Assembly: GCA_013115125.1 (NCBI GenBank)
Contig: JABANN010000072.1
Location: forward strand, 60,912 to 80,911
Reading direction: 5' to 3'
DNA from: Perkinsus olseni
Lineage: Eukaryota
Length of the DNA stretch: 20,000 bases
Made by a program: the position numbers and the translations under genes. Under the pieces are notes generated by a model. It saw only the letters and a list, made by a program, of their open reading frames with translations. It did not search any database and was not told the origin of the DNA. Of this stretch, positions 1 through 14,455 are shown piece after piece (positions within the stretch are counted from its first letter, which is position 1; each line of letters opens with the position of its first letter).

Positions 1-3566
<3,566 letters not shown>

Positions 3567-4158
3567 ATCTTCGACATATCTTAGTGGACCCTCAGTTGAT
3601 GTTTCTACCATCTTCGCAGCAGCCGCCGCCGCCGCACCTTAACGGTTTTTTAACTCTCTTTATTGTCATGTAATTTCATCGCGATCGTCACCGGTATCGA
3701 GTTCTCATGCGTGTTTGGTTCTTCAATCCTATCCGGTTACTGCCTGCCCGGGCTGGCCTTCCGTCGTCATTGACGGGCTGGTCCTCTACCAGGAGGGCCA
3801 TCGTGTTTTTACATTATGAAGGTAGCTGTGTATAGTGATGCAGATAAAGACAGTTGGCTTAGTAGTGGGGTTCAGGGTGATATGGTACCGTATCTCAACG
3901 CCTGCGTCACGCGGACCAACTGTTGCTACTCTTATTCGACGCAAGAGAGGGGTCGACTGTGAAGGACTATGTTGTAGACCTAGGCTCAGACCCATCTATG
4001 TCTTTTCTTCCTAGGCTTGCTCTCTCGAGGGCAATCAGCTATGCACGCATAAACAAGACGATCGGCGCCACATAGTGAGTGTTGTGCGTGGAGTACTTGC
4101 TTTCGGCGCTGATTGAGAGAGAAGGGAGGGTTGTCCGGCTGTAGTGTTTCTCAGTGGT

Positions 4159-6024
4159 ATGACACTCCTGTCAGTACGGCAGTTGATACGGGAGGCTAAG
4201 GCGAGGAAGGAAGGAGATGCAGCAGAGGTGAGTAGGCTGAGCCAGAGCATTGGTCGAGGAAAGTGACAAAATGCTGGTGTGGCGGAAGTGTTCTTAGAGG
4301 GTTGGAGAGTGGGAATATTGATCCCCTGAAATTGAAATGAAAGTGACAGATTCTGTATCGGATCGGGTCATGGTGTACGGCTCGAGGATGTTCTGGCGTC
4401 CGTTCCGGCGGTTCATGCGCATGAACAATCGTTTATCCCGTTTGCACATTCGTGAATCGAAGTCGCTGCCGTGGCGATAGCCAACCTTTGAGTTGTCCAT
4501 TCCGAATCATTTGACGACTGACTATTAATGCAGTCGATCTGAGGGGTCCGGACTTCTACTGGCCGCCAGGATGCATCCCTCTGCCAGGTTAAATCTGCCG
4601 TCAGCAGCAGCCGCAGCCGCCGCCGCCGCTCGTCGTTGCTTGATCGACAGCTGATTCGCCGTGGTTTACTTGGCCCAAGAGACACGATTGAGCGGTTTAA
4701 AGTGCATGGCTGTCCTTCCAGCGTTTATGTCATTGGTAAGGTATTTTCTCAAAGGTTGGGCCGCCGTGCTGTTAAGACCGTGTTTTTGATGACGACCTGA
4801 ACATAAGGTCGCTGCTCTGTCGAGAAAGGGCTCAGAGCTGCTCGGGTGCATCAGCTGTCTCTGGTAGTGGTACAGCGAGAATCCGTCAGTGAATCGGCAG
4901 AGGACGAATCATGGAACTTTTTTGTGTACTCCCATCCGATGAGAGCGGTGGTGACCAGTACCCTGATGAGCCTTTCAATGTATTGGCGGTGGAACGTTGT
5001 TAAAACCGCGCGTGTGCATTGGTACCTTGTTGGGGCATGTGGGGATAGCATATGTCTCGGTAGGCCTGTGCCTTTGCTCATCGTACCCATCATCCTGTCT
5101 TTTATAGAGGAGCTTACATTTTCCGCATTATAAATGATTGGTAGTATCAGACTGAGGCAGTGGGGAGTAGAGAAGAGGGGGAAAGTGGGTACGTAGGGGC
5201 CTCGTCTGCCAGATCCCTCGGCCGCTGAATCGACAAACGAGCTAACGGGCTAAGAATCGATTATTGCTGTCGCTAACAGCCGTTGCTCAGTCGAATATTA
5301 TAGGTGTGAAATACTGTAGAATTGGCGGAGCGAAGCGATCGGAGTATATACTGGCACAGTCACGTTTTTCGTGCGTTGAAATCTACGGAAGTCGATATTG
5401 AATAGTGAACGTGTGAAAAACACTTGTTAGTCTATTTTGTTAGATGATGTGGTCCCGCCGGAGGTTGCGGTTGAGCTGGCCACGGCCATTCGAGGGCTGC
5501 CCCATTATGAGCAATTACGTGGCGCGCGACGGACTCTGCCCCTTCAGCTCGGTGTGGGAGGAGGGAATGGTTTGGTAGACCATCTGGCGACGGAGCTCCT
5601 TGCGAGCATTCCGCAACTAGGGGAGCTGTTCGATGATGGGAATCCTAGGTTGAACCACGCGCTGGTCAACGACTATGAGAGAGGGTGCGGAGGCATTATG
5701 CCTCACAAAGACGGCCCGGCTTATTTCCCAGTGGTTTTAATCGTATGTCTGGGTAGCGCAACGGTCATGCAGTTTGGTAAACCTTTTGAGGAGGTACCGA
5801 CCCAGGTTCTACTCCCAGCGAGGGCACTATTGGTTTTCAAGGGCGAGGCGTACCACGACTATCTCCATTCAATACCGTTCAGTGATACTCCAGTCGTAGA
5901 GGCTGAGGGCCGCGACCTAGGCGAGTCGATACTGGCTGACGGTATCCTCCATCGGGGCGAGCGTCTTTCTATCACCCTTAGACGTGCTTTGGTGCCCTTC
6001 GAACAGCTAGCTCGAACTCAATAG
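4159..6024 (+). CDS. ALKBH6: AlkB homolog 6-like 2OG-Fe(II) dioxygenase (spliced)
   Basis: Main exon 5444-6024 has NHALVNDY, GIMPHKDGPAYFPVV..VCLGS (HxD), LLVFKGEAYHDYLHSI (distal His) and RGERLSITLR (2OG-binding Arg). Exon 4651-4735 (IERFKVHGCPSSVYVI) splices in phase to give VYVIDDVVPPE, matching the family N-terminal pattern. First exon 4159-4227 (MTLLSVRQLIREAKARKEGDAAE, donor GTGAGT, phase 0) is tentative. Confidence 0.85.
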
Positions 6025-6086
6025 TTTCTAAGGCTCGCTCGGGTTGCCTAAGTCTTTCAATCGCTGTCTCGTAGTTTATAATAGCA

Positions 6087-8105
6087 ATGCGCGCGCCAGT
6101 CATTCCCAAGGGTCGGCTGAATTTTTCGATTCGAGTAGAGCCAGGACGCTCTCCGATACCGCTTGTCTACCGCAGGGATCAGCTCAGGGTACTCGCACTT
6201 ATGAACACCTTGCCTTCGAGTCGTTTGTTGTCCTCCTCGGGGATGTTAGCAGTACTGTCACCAACGTTCAAGTATTTGTCTCATCCGTCAAAGACGTCAT
6301 TGAGGGCGTAGGGGCTAGGTATGATGATATTAGATTTCCCTCAGCCTTACCCTAACTCTTCCTTTGAACTAGTGTCAAGAGGGGCGTCTCTGTGCGCCCC
6401 ATGGCCGCCAACGTTGTCCTGGATCTATTCGTGGGCACATCTACAGCTCCTCACCCTACCGGTGATGCGACAACGGCGACAGTCGGCATCCTGATCGAGT
6501 CCAAGGCCAGTGAAGGCTCATCCTGTATCGAGTCTATAGAAGATGCGGAAGAGTTGGTAGAGGCTATCGTGTACATCGAACCGTCGAGGGACTCGACACT
6601 GTCCGAGAGGCTGCACTCGGGGAGGAGGAAGGTGAGATGGCTGAGGGGGGGGATGGCACGCTGCGATAACAACAAGACAGTCCTACTATCATCAAAGTTT
6701 GATAATAACAAGGTAAGCCTGTTGCCATCCTGTCAGACCCTCGCTGTCTTCGGATCCGACCCAAGCTACCTCTACGGTCTCCATTCTAGCGCTACTGGCT
6801 TCTTTAGGGCCACCAGAGATGAACTACGGGGTGAGTTGTCAAGACGCATCTCCAATGGTATCCCATCGTGAAGAGGTAGGCTTATCAGATCTCGTCAGTC
6901 GACTTCGATCAGCGCTGAACACGCCACTAAGCCAAACGGGGAAGACTGATGAGGCTGCCGAGGGGCTGCTGGTGGTAAGTGGTACTCTTCTCGGCTATTG
7001 CGTGTATCGTTAACTACTGGTGGCAAGATATTGGTGATCTTGCTCATCTTGCCTCACTTGGACTTTCTCAGCGTGGATATGCAGGAATATGGCCCGCTAT
7101 CGACTGGCGAGGATATCATTATTTCTGCGGAGAACTAGAATGTCTTTCCTTCAGAGATGTCGTGAAGCCTCAGTGGATTCTTCTCTCGGAAGCGGGAGCA
7201 TTTCCGCATTGTCCGACAATCCTGATGTAAGTCTCCTCGGCCGTACGTCTTCTTTGATCGTACTATCAGCTCGGTACTTACCGCTTTCTCGCCGGTAACT
7301 GACTGTTCCCGTGACATAAGGAGATGATTTTTCGAGATCCACAAATATGTACAGTTTGGTAAAACTCGCCAGACATGTTCGAATTGGTTCAGCGATTTCT
7401 GCTATTTACATATTCTAAACGTCGATCCACATTACCTGAAGAGCGAGAGTCGAAGGATGGGCATGAGCGGTCGTTAGGCAACGGACTCTTGGGTAGCCTA
7501 GATCCTCAGCGGTTTACCACCCACACGCTCAGCCGCCGCTCGGAAGCTCCGAATAAGACCTTCTTTCGTGAGTCGTCCTGTGTTGTTATTATGATCGTAT
7601 TTTGCAGTTCGGCGGCGCTTGATTTGTGAGTTACGGTTTTTATGGTATTGCACGACATGCTCGACGCTTTCCGCGATGGTATTCTTTCGCATTGTTTATC
7701 AAAAACAAGTCCGTTTTTTGTCGCGCGCCTCGAAATTATGGCTGCTCGTGTTCAGGATTGCACCACTAGAAGCAGCAGCTCAGTCTTCTTCAGCTCCGCC
7801 GGCGCTGAGGCTGGCATACAGATGGGGGATCTTCTCGTCTCACAGGACGGGTAGGCAGCGTCACGCGCCACGAAATTGCCAAGACCTCTCGACTGAGTCA
7901 TCGGTAAAAACTCCGTAATCTCATCGTTGTGGTCTGTGGCCGACTGCCCTTGTGCAGGTGTGTGCTACTTTCAATGAAGTACGAGGAGGTCCTGCAAGCC
8001 GTCAAGGAATGCGCCTCTGCAGTTCACAGTGGTAGGGCCGACGCTAGGAAGTTTCTTACGAGAGATGATTGTAGTAGCATAATCGATCATCAGGGCGCTC
8101 GCTAG
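6087..8105 (+). CDS. probable multi-exon hypothetical protein; boundaries uncertain
   Basis: Run of + strand open blocks separated by short GT..AG segments, e.g. 6176-6318 joining in phase to 6373 onward (VKDVIEGVGASVKRGVSVRPMAANVVLDLFV...). Later blocks include LSDLVSRLRSAL, LHDMLDAFRDGILSHCL and KYEEVLQAVKECASAVH. No diagnostic motif, and the full exon chain was not resolved. Confidence 0.35.
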
Positions 8106-9585
8106 TTTCCGTATATGTTGGCGATGAGACCATGTAAGATACCCTACGGCTCAAGCGATGTTCGCATATGACATTAGCTAAGAATCGGGAGGGGGCAGAA
8201 GGAGAGGCCGTCCTTGGCCTGTTCAGGGATGAGATGTGGGCACTTTGACGGGTCTGATGTTGCTATCGTGGCGGGGATAGTTATCGAGATGTATCAATCT
8301 TGCTGTTTGTTTCGCGGCAAGGATGCCTGGAGGGATTAAGTTACTTTCTGAGCTCCTGTTCAACGGAATATTTTCCCCATTTTTCGTAGACCAAGAGGCT
8401 CTCATCGAATGCATAGACATTCCTTGATATTAGGTAGCCAACAGTCAGTCGAAGCGGGCCGTAGTCCGTGCTACAGGACAGTACACGTGGTATACAATTT
8501 CGCGCTAGCGTAACCCTTTCTTATTATTCTTTCTTTATGTCTGCTCACGCTGATCACTTTTGCCAGTCGGCACCGCCCTCCTCCGCTCGAAAGCGTATAT
8601 ACTTATCCTTGTGTAGCGTATATTTTCCCTATTTATCGCGAAGCGGAGCTGCTCCGCCGGAGCAGACGAAGTGTTCTGGCTCTCATCGATCAGTCCTGGG
8701 AGTGATGCAATACCCGCTGAGCTTTCTCACAGTAGCACATCTTCCTTTCCCAGAGGGTGCGAGCCGGCCGAACTGCAAGAGAGGACGAGCTGGGATCTCA
8801 TAGTATACGAGAAGACCTTTCATAGTGTGGACTTGGAGGATCATGGGCCTCACGACTTCAAGGTGAGTGACGTTCACAACGCGGTGGATAATGAGGAGAG
8901 ATAATCTTGGCCGATTGGTAATCCGGCTTTGGTTGAATCTTGATCCAACGCTTTTCACGGAGCCATGGGAGAGCGCGAGGGCCTGCTATTGTTCGTAAGG
9001 AAAGGAAATAAGCATTTCGGTTCATTTTCCTGTTGGCATTCGGCGCACGCACGATTGTTCGTTGCTCGGCAACCCGTGTATACCGAAAATCTTCATCTAT
9101 TTCTTCTGGCTGTCAGGAGGTCGCCAGGATCCCGCTAGGGTACGCCAACAAGAGCAATGTGAAATGACTGTCTACGTTCTATCGATTTGTCACCAGTTTT
9201 TCAGTCCTGCTGCTGCCTAGTACTGCCTAGTACTGCCGCTGCTGCTCCCATCTGTGAATAGTCTGTCGTCATTGCAACCTTCTCCGCAAGATCGCTCAGT
9301 GTTGTCTATTGATTCATCATGAAATTTATATAATGTAATAGTATATGACCGTGCAGAGACCATCGACCACAGGGAGAAAGATACTCTGATGATCATTTCG
9401 TCGTAAAAAGGAGTTTAATCGTCATCGTCGTGTCTGTCACCACTACGCATCAACCGTTTTCAAATTCTCCGGGTGTTCCTGTTGTTACCTCTGGTGGGTA
9501 GGCCCTTCCAGACTGATGGGAAGATGGTTCGGTAGGACCAGCACTGCTACGGTGGCTACCTTTCTTTGAGAGCTCCCTGACAATC

Positions 9586-9689
9586 TGTCTGGTACCACTG
9601 CATATAAACGCTACAGAGAGTTCTTAACTGTAGCACATCGGCAGGAGTATAACTAAGCCGGAAGAACCGTAAGCGTTGGACTATAAACT
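9586..9689 (+). mobile_element. dispersed ~105-bp repeat, copy 1 (SINE or non-LTR retrotransposon 3'-end-like)
   Basis: tgtctg..cactgcatataaacgctaca..gcacatcggcaggagtataactaagccggaagaaccgtaagcgttggactataaact aligns with the other four copies. This copy lacks the CA tail. Confidence 0.7.
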
Positions 9690-9926
9690 TATTCGCACCA
9701 TGTGACACCGACGCCCCTTTTCGATTGAAGAGAGCAGTCGCAGCACGAAAGCAGTTTGTCTAGTTGCTGGGCTGTTACCGTCGCCTGTGGGGCGAATTAC
9801 GATCAGGACTTCTCATAATATGCCACTTCAGTTTCTATGCTATTAGGCCTATTGAAGTGCGTGCATGCGTGCAGAGTTCCCTGACGCTGTCTTTCTGTTC
9901 ATTTGCGATATCTGATGACTCGCGTC

Positions 9927-10196
9927 ATGAGCCTAATACTGCGGTTGTACTGCTTGCTGGTGGCTCTTGAGTATGGTTACGCCAGTTGCCTGGGGTGGTT
10001 TACCAAGGATGATGAGCAACCGTTTGAGCTGCAGCCGGATGAGTTAGAGTGGGATGATGAAATACAGCCGGATGAGTTAGAGTGGGATGATGAAATGCAG
10101 TCGAAGCAGTTCTCTTTCTATCTGGATCCTGCTAAACCTTCGGACGAAGCGGCCAGCCCTGCGTATGGCGACCTTGGAGATCCTTTCTACGTGTAA
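9927..10196 (+). CDS. small acidic ORF with predicted signal peptide (may be a first exon or a remnant)
   Basis: ATG at 9927. MSLILRLYCLLVALEYGYA is hydrophobic and ends in small residues. It is followed by an acidic in-frame duplicated unit QPDELEWDDE(I/M). Confidence 0.45.
   Translation: MSLILRLYCLLVALEYGYASCLGWFTKDDEQPFELQPDELEWDDEIQPDELEWDDEMQSKQFSFYLDPAKPSDEAASPAYGDLGDPFYV
10032..10097 (+). repeat. 33-bp tandem duplication (2 copies, in frame)
   Basis: cagccggatgagttagagtgggatgatgaaat(a/g) occurs twice, 32/33 identical. Confidence 0.95.
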
Positions 10197-11040
10197 GCAG
10201 TCCCGCGGCTCATGGCGATGCTCGGCGAATGCTCTCTCGACATGCGGAAGTGCTCGGCTCTGACGGGTGACATAAGTGCAAGGCAATGGTTGAGTGTGTC
10301 GAAGAAGGGTTTCTGTGAGAGGGATTATTTTGAGTTACTCAGTACTTCCTAGGCTGCGACAACTATCGAAAGGGCCATTCTAGAAGCCTTTGTCGATTGT
10401 GTTATTATAGTCGGTTTTTCGCATTAAGACATACAAAAGACCCAGCGTAGCCCTTCATCCTTGAATTATGTATTGCTGTATTATGTATCCCTTAATGTAA
10501 TTGTATTAATTGTAATTCTCAATTCATGTATTGCTCGTTATCAAGGAACGTTTCAATCTGGCCCTTCATCGTCTCTCATATAATATGAGATCACCATGCT
10601 AGTGGGGGTGTGTTGCTTCTCCGTTGTTGTTCATAAAAATGGCAAGTCGGGGGACTCCCCCGGGGGAAGGCATTAGGGTCTATTCTAAGTTCTATTCGAA
10701 GGGCTGGATTCTCAGCTATGCACGCATGCAATAGACGATCTTCACATAATCAGTAAGAAGGTGTTAAAAAGACGTCTTTTAGGAGCGCTCCCTCGTCCGC
10801 TCTGCTGACGGCTCGAATGGGCATTGTGGCCTGAACATCATGTACAGGGCCTGTACAGTACATGCGTGCAAATTGTCCACCGCCCGGATTTTGAAATCCG
10901 TTATGGTTCCTGAGCCCCTTCTCTCAAGAGCTTCTTAAACCCCAACAGGCTCTTCTTTAAAGAGAATTTTGAAATAGGCCCCAGGGCTCTCTTCGCCATG
11001 TAGAACGAGTGTATCCCTGAAGAAGGCTTCTTGATGAACC

Positions 11041-11431
11041 GTCTGATTGCACTACATATCAACGCTACAGGGGTGTAGTGTTCCCGGCTCGACCAAACCG
11101 TTCACTAGAGACAGCAGGAAGCTCGCCACCCTTAGAACTCGACGGAAACTGTGACATAGGGGAAATGGGTTAGACTCTTGATACTTCTTGGATAAGCATA
11201 CATTAAAACGTGGGTCTCAATAGTGACTACTAGCCTTACGCTAGAGACAATACACAAAGAGCGCTAAGATATCATTGCCCTATACAGGCCATGGGGACAG
11301 ATCGGCCACAATAACGTATTACAGTAGGCAATCATTGAAAAGGCGGTTCACTACAGGGGTCACTAGCTGGGCACATCGGCAAGAGTCTAAGTCGGAAGAA
11401 CCGTAAGCGTTGGACTATAAACTCACACACA
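11041..11431 (+). mobile_element. dispersed repeat copy 2, interrupted by a 282-bp insertion
   Basis: 5' part gtctgattgcactacatatcaacgctaca lies at 11041-11069. The 3' part ..gcacatcggcaagagtctaagtcggaagaaccgtaagcgttggactataaactcacacaca runs to 11431. Confidence 0.75.
11074..11355. mobile_element. solo-LTR-like insertion (TG...CA ends, 4-bp target duplication)
   Basis: Begins TGTAGTG and ends CACTACA (7-bp inverted termini). Flanked by GGGG at 11070-11073 and 11356-11359. Removing it restores colinearity with repeat copies 1 and 3. Confidence 0.75.
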
Positions 11432-11720
11432 GAGTGGGTATTTTCAACTAGATCACCTCCTTGTCTGCTGCCTAGCCCCATCATCATCAGTGCGTGACCA
11501 CTGCAGTATACTGTAGGACGTTCTCAGCTAAGCTGACATGAATGAGTCATCCAATCTGTGCTCCGCGATGAACTTGGCTGACTGTTGCCGCCAAGGGGCC
11601 GACCGTGCGCGACCCCATCGTAGATTGAGCAGTGTCATGTCGATTCATCTTTCCATTGGGCTAATGGTCTGGAGTGTTCTGCGGGGTCACGAGGCTCGGC
11701 CTCCTGTGGCATCCAACTTC

Positions 11721-11829
11721 TGTCTGATTGCACTGCATGTCAACGCTAAAGAAAGTCTCCAACTGTGCACATCGGCAAGAGTCTAACTCAGCCGGAACCG
11801 TAAGCGTTGGACTATAAACTCACACACAC
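11721..11829 (+). mobile_element. dispersed repeat copy 3 (uninterrupted, CA tail)
   Basis: tgtctgattgcactgcatgtcaacgctaaagaaagtctccaactgtgcacatcggcaagagtctaactcagccggaaccgtaagcgttggactataaactcacacacac. Confidence 0.75.
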
Positions 11830-11839
11830 CGACTCCGAC

Positions 11840-14340
11840 GATGCGAAGATACTGTGGCCATACGGCGAGCTGAGACTGAAGCGCGAAGTCGAATCTGTAA
11901 ACTTACTTTTTGTGGAAATCAATTCAAGTTTCGGCTCTGAGTTTCGGAGTTCGTTGAGCAAGGGCAAAGATCGTGTACGGTAGCACATGCACCTTTAACG
12001 ATGACATCGGACTTCCTCTGCGCCAACGAGGTCAGTACGGAAAAGTTGAGAAAGTTGGCGATGATGCATAACAGGGAGATCGGGGAGGCCACTGAGCGCT
12101 GTGATGATGTGTGGACAGTCGCTGTGTCGTTCTTGGCCACGTGTTTCTGTTGATGACAGATGCTCTTGCCAAGTCGAGTTTTGAACAGAAGCGACATGGG
12201 CCGTGTCGTCGAGTGGGTGAGTAAAGATTTCTAAGACCATGGGCCGATCGCGAGGAAAATCGTAGACGGTTGTTACCCATCTGGGAACGGCGGAGTCTCT
12301 GCAACTTAGTATCAGCTAGCCTTTGGAACCTCCTCGATTCGTGCTCCAGTGACTGTAGACAGCCTATACCGTAACCTCGATATCAATGAGGGACTATCGG
12401 CGTCTTCTCTGAACTATTCAAGATCGGTATCGCCCTCCCACTTTAGTTGGAAGGCCTCTGCTGCCTCGACCCCCCACTGACCAGCAGGGCTTGCCGCGTG
12501 ATTATCCGAGCCATCCAGTCCCAACCTCAACTGCGAGCCGAGGGGTGAGGGCGGTGTTCGATGCATCATCGTGAGAATTCGGCTGATTCTCTTTGCGCTG
12601 TGGGAGTTGAACTTCTTCGGTACTTCGCTGTTATCGTTCATTGGATAGTTGAAGAAGTTGGAGTACTTTCCACCGCTGCCTTGTTAGCTTTGCAGCAGCG
12701 CCGATATTAGAAGAATCGGTCATAGAGGATTGCGGAAGAATCCTTGGAAACCTTCAGAGGTGTTGGAAACGCCTCAAGTGCTTGAAAGCATGTGCTAAAT
12801 GCTTTTTGGTTAATACTACTTGGCAAGTGCACGTGCGTCGGCTCCCGATGGTTCCATCACCCGGGGATTCCAGTCTCGGGTGTAAGGGATTCACGGCTGC
12901 GCTTTGGGTAGAGAAATTTCCTTACACATTAAAATAAGAAATACGCCGTTTGTTTTTCCGTACTGTTGCTGAAGAGACATGAAACTCAGGACCGGTAGTC
13001 TGCTCCAAGGCAGGTTCCTCTGCGAAGTCCTTTGCCGCGGCACTAGATCCTGTGCAATAGGAAGCCTCAACAGACTCCTGCTGGTTGGTGTCATTGACGG
13101 TGTGATGGCTCAGCAGCTGATTGCATGCAACCAGATCCACAAGGCTCTGTACGAGTCAGACAGCTCTGTTGGGGATGAGTGGCTCCATACTATACTCGTA
13201 ACCCTCATCCATATTGGCATGGCATTCCCGGATGAGTTCACGCAGAGGGCAGCTCGATTGAACCTTCCGAGGCAGGTGAGCCGAGACGGGAATACAGTGC
13301 GTAACGAATAGCATGAGGCAGCCACTATGCCACATGCAGGAATGAGGCCACTATGCCACATGCAGGAATAAGGCAGCCACTATGCCACATGCAGGAATGA
13401 GGCAGCCACTATGCCACATGCAGGAATGAGGCAGCCACTATGCCACATGCAGGAATGAGGCAGCCACTATGCCACATGCAGGAATGATGCCATCATGTCG
13501 CCTGACAACAGCGGCTGAGCCTCGAGGCAGCACTCACATGCTGGCTTATTGCTAAAAAAAGAATGCACGGAACAAAATGTCTCCGCTGCTTCAGGTGGTA
13601 TTGGTGGTTCCACCGAGTTCGGCCTTGGCAGATCCTAGCCCCTCGAAAGCGACTCGATCTAGAAGACTTCACAAGGGGAAGCACGGTAAGGCTGGTAAGA
13701 GCAGGAGTAACAACGGACAGTCAAAGTGATACCCTTCGCGGAACTCAGTCGTGAAGATGTCGCATTTCCTCAGGCCTGCTACCTCCGACGCAATGAGTGG
13801 AATCTTCGGAGAGCTACTGGCAGCTCGACTACTGGCTTTGTGTTCCTTCTTCGGGTTACTGATGCACGACAAGATTCGTTTCGGTAGGCCTGCCGTGCAG
13901 GAGCTACATACACAAGTCCGAACACGCCCTAAGTTAGCGCCCTCATCGATGTTACTTCAGGTCCTTCATTCTGGCGGCTTGTCTTTGATCTTGGCCGGAC
14001 TGGATGCTCAAGTAGGTCGCTTGGCGAAGCTGACCAACTCTAGTCTTACTAAGGTGAGTCGTTCCCATACTGACAGACAGTGGTGACGTTCTGCACTTTC
14101 AGCTAGTGGGCAAGTCGAAGGTTTCCGGAGCCGCGGGTACTCCAATCTTCTCTTTCGGTTTTTGTAGAGGCGACTTGATCGTCGGCGAGTTGAAGATGAT
14201 TGTTATCTTGATACCCGAAGTTGACAACCGGAATTTTGAACAGCATTTATCGCCAGTGTAAACGAGCTTAACGCAGCGGCCGCCCTGGAACGAGCTTAGA
14301 TATTCCCTGTAACCGCACACGCAGCAGAATCACCTCTGGC
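11840..14340 (-). mobile_element. possible highly degenerate Bel/Pao-like LTR retrotransposon internal remnant
   Basis: Minus-strand fragments in gag-to-pol order. A Cys-rich knuckle-like stretch FCCVCGYREYLSS..C..KCCSK lies near 14250-14330. Then, across frameshifts and stops at about 12220-12600: KRISRILTMM..PLG / ARIITRQAL / FQLKWEGD / VPRWV..MVLEIFT, resembling the Pao KR..DPLG..WD..IPR..LHxFxD region. No intact RT or integrase motif was seen. Confidence 0.3.
13315..13485 (+). repeat. 29-bp minisatellite, 6 copies
   Basis: Unit gaggcagccactatgccacatgcaggaat. Copy 2 has a 3-bp deletion and copy 3 has one substitution. There are no spacers. Confidence 0.97.
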
Positions 14341-14423
14341 ACATCTGAAGAGACCCCCTCGAGGAAAACCTTCTGACTAACAATCACCGATTCGTGTAAA
14401 TTGCTCGGTGAAAATGTGACCGG

Positions 14424-14455
14424 GCCGGCTCCAGCGTCGGACTATAAACTCACAC
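14424..14455 (+). mobile_element. dispersed repeat copy 4 (short 3' fragment)
   Basis: gccggctccagcgtcggactataaactcacac matches the 3' end of the other copies. Confidence 0.6.

Noticed and set aside
4500..5093. Minus-strand spliced gene (LIRVLVTTALIG, faintly TruA-like)
   Set aside because: Candidate exons do not join in phase, and the + strand explains part of the region as an ALKBH6 exon.
11371..11431. Pistol or hammerhead ribozyme in the dispersed repeat (TAAGCGTTG resembles part of the pistol core)
   Set aside because: The required upstream pseudoknot partner is absent, copies 4 and 5 lose TAA, and there is no CTGANGA/GAAA core.
13315..13485. CRISPR array
   Set aside because: Units are head-to-tail without spacers, the context is eukaryotic and no cas genes are present.
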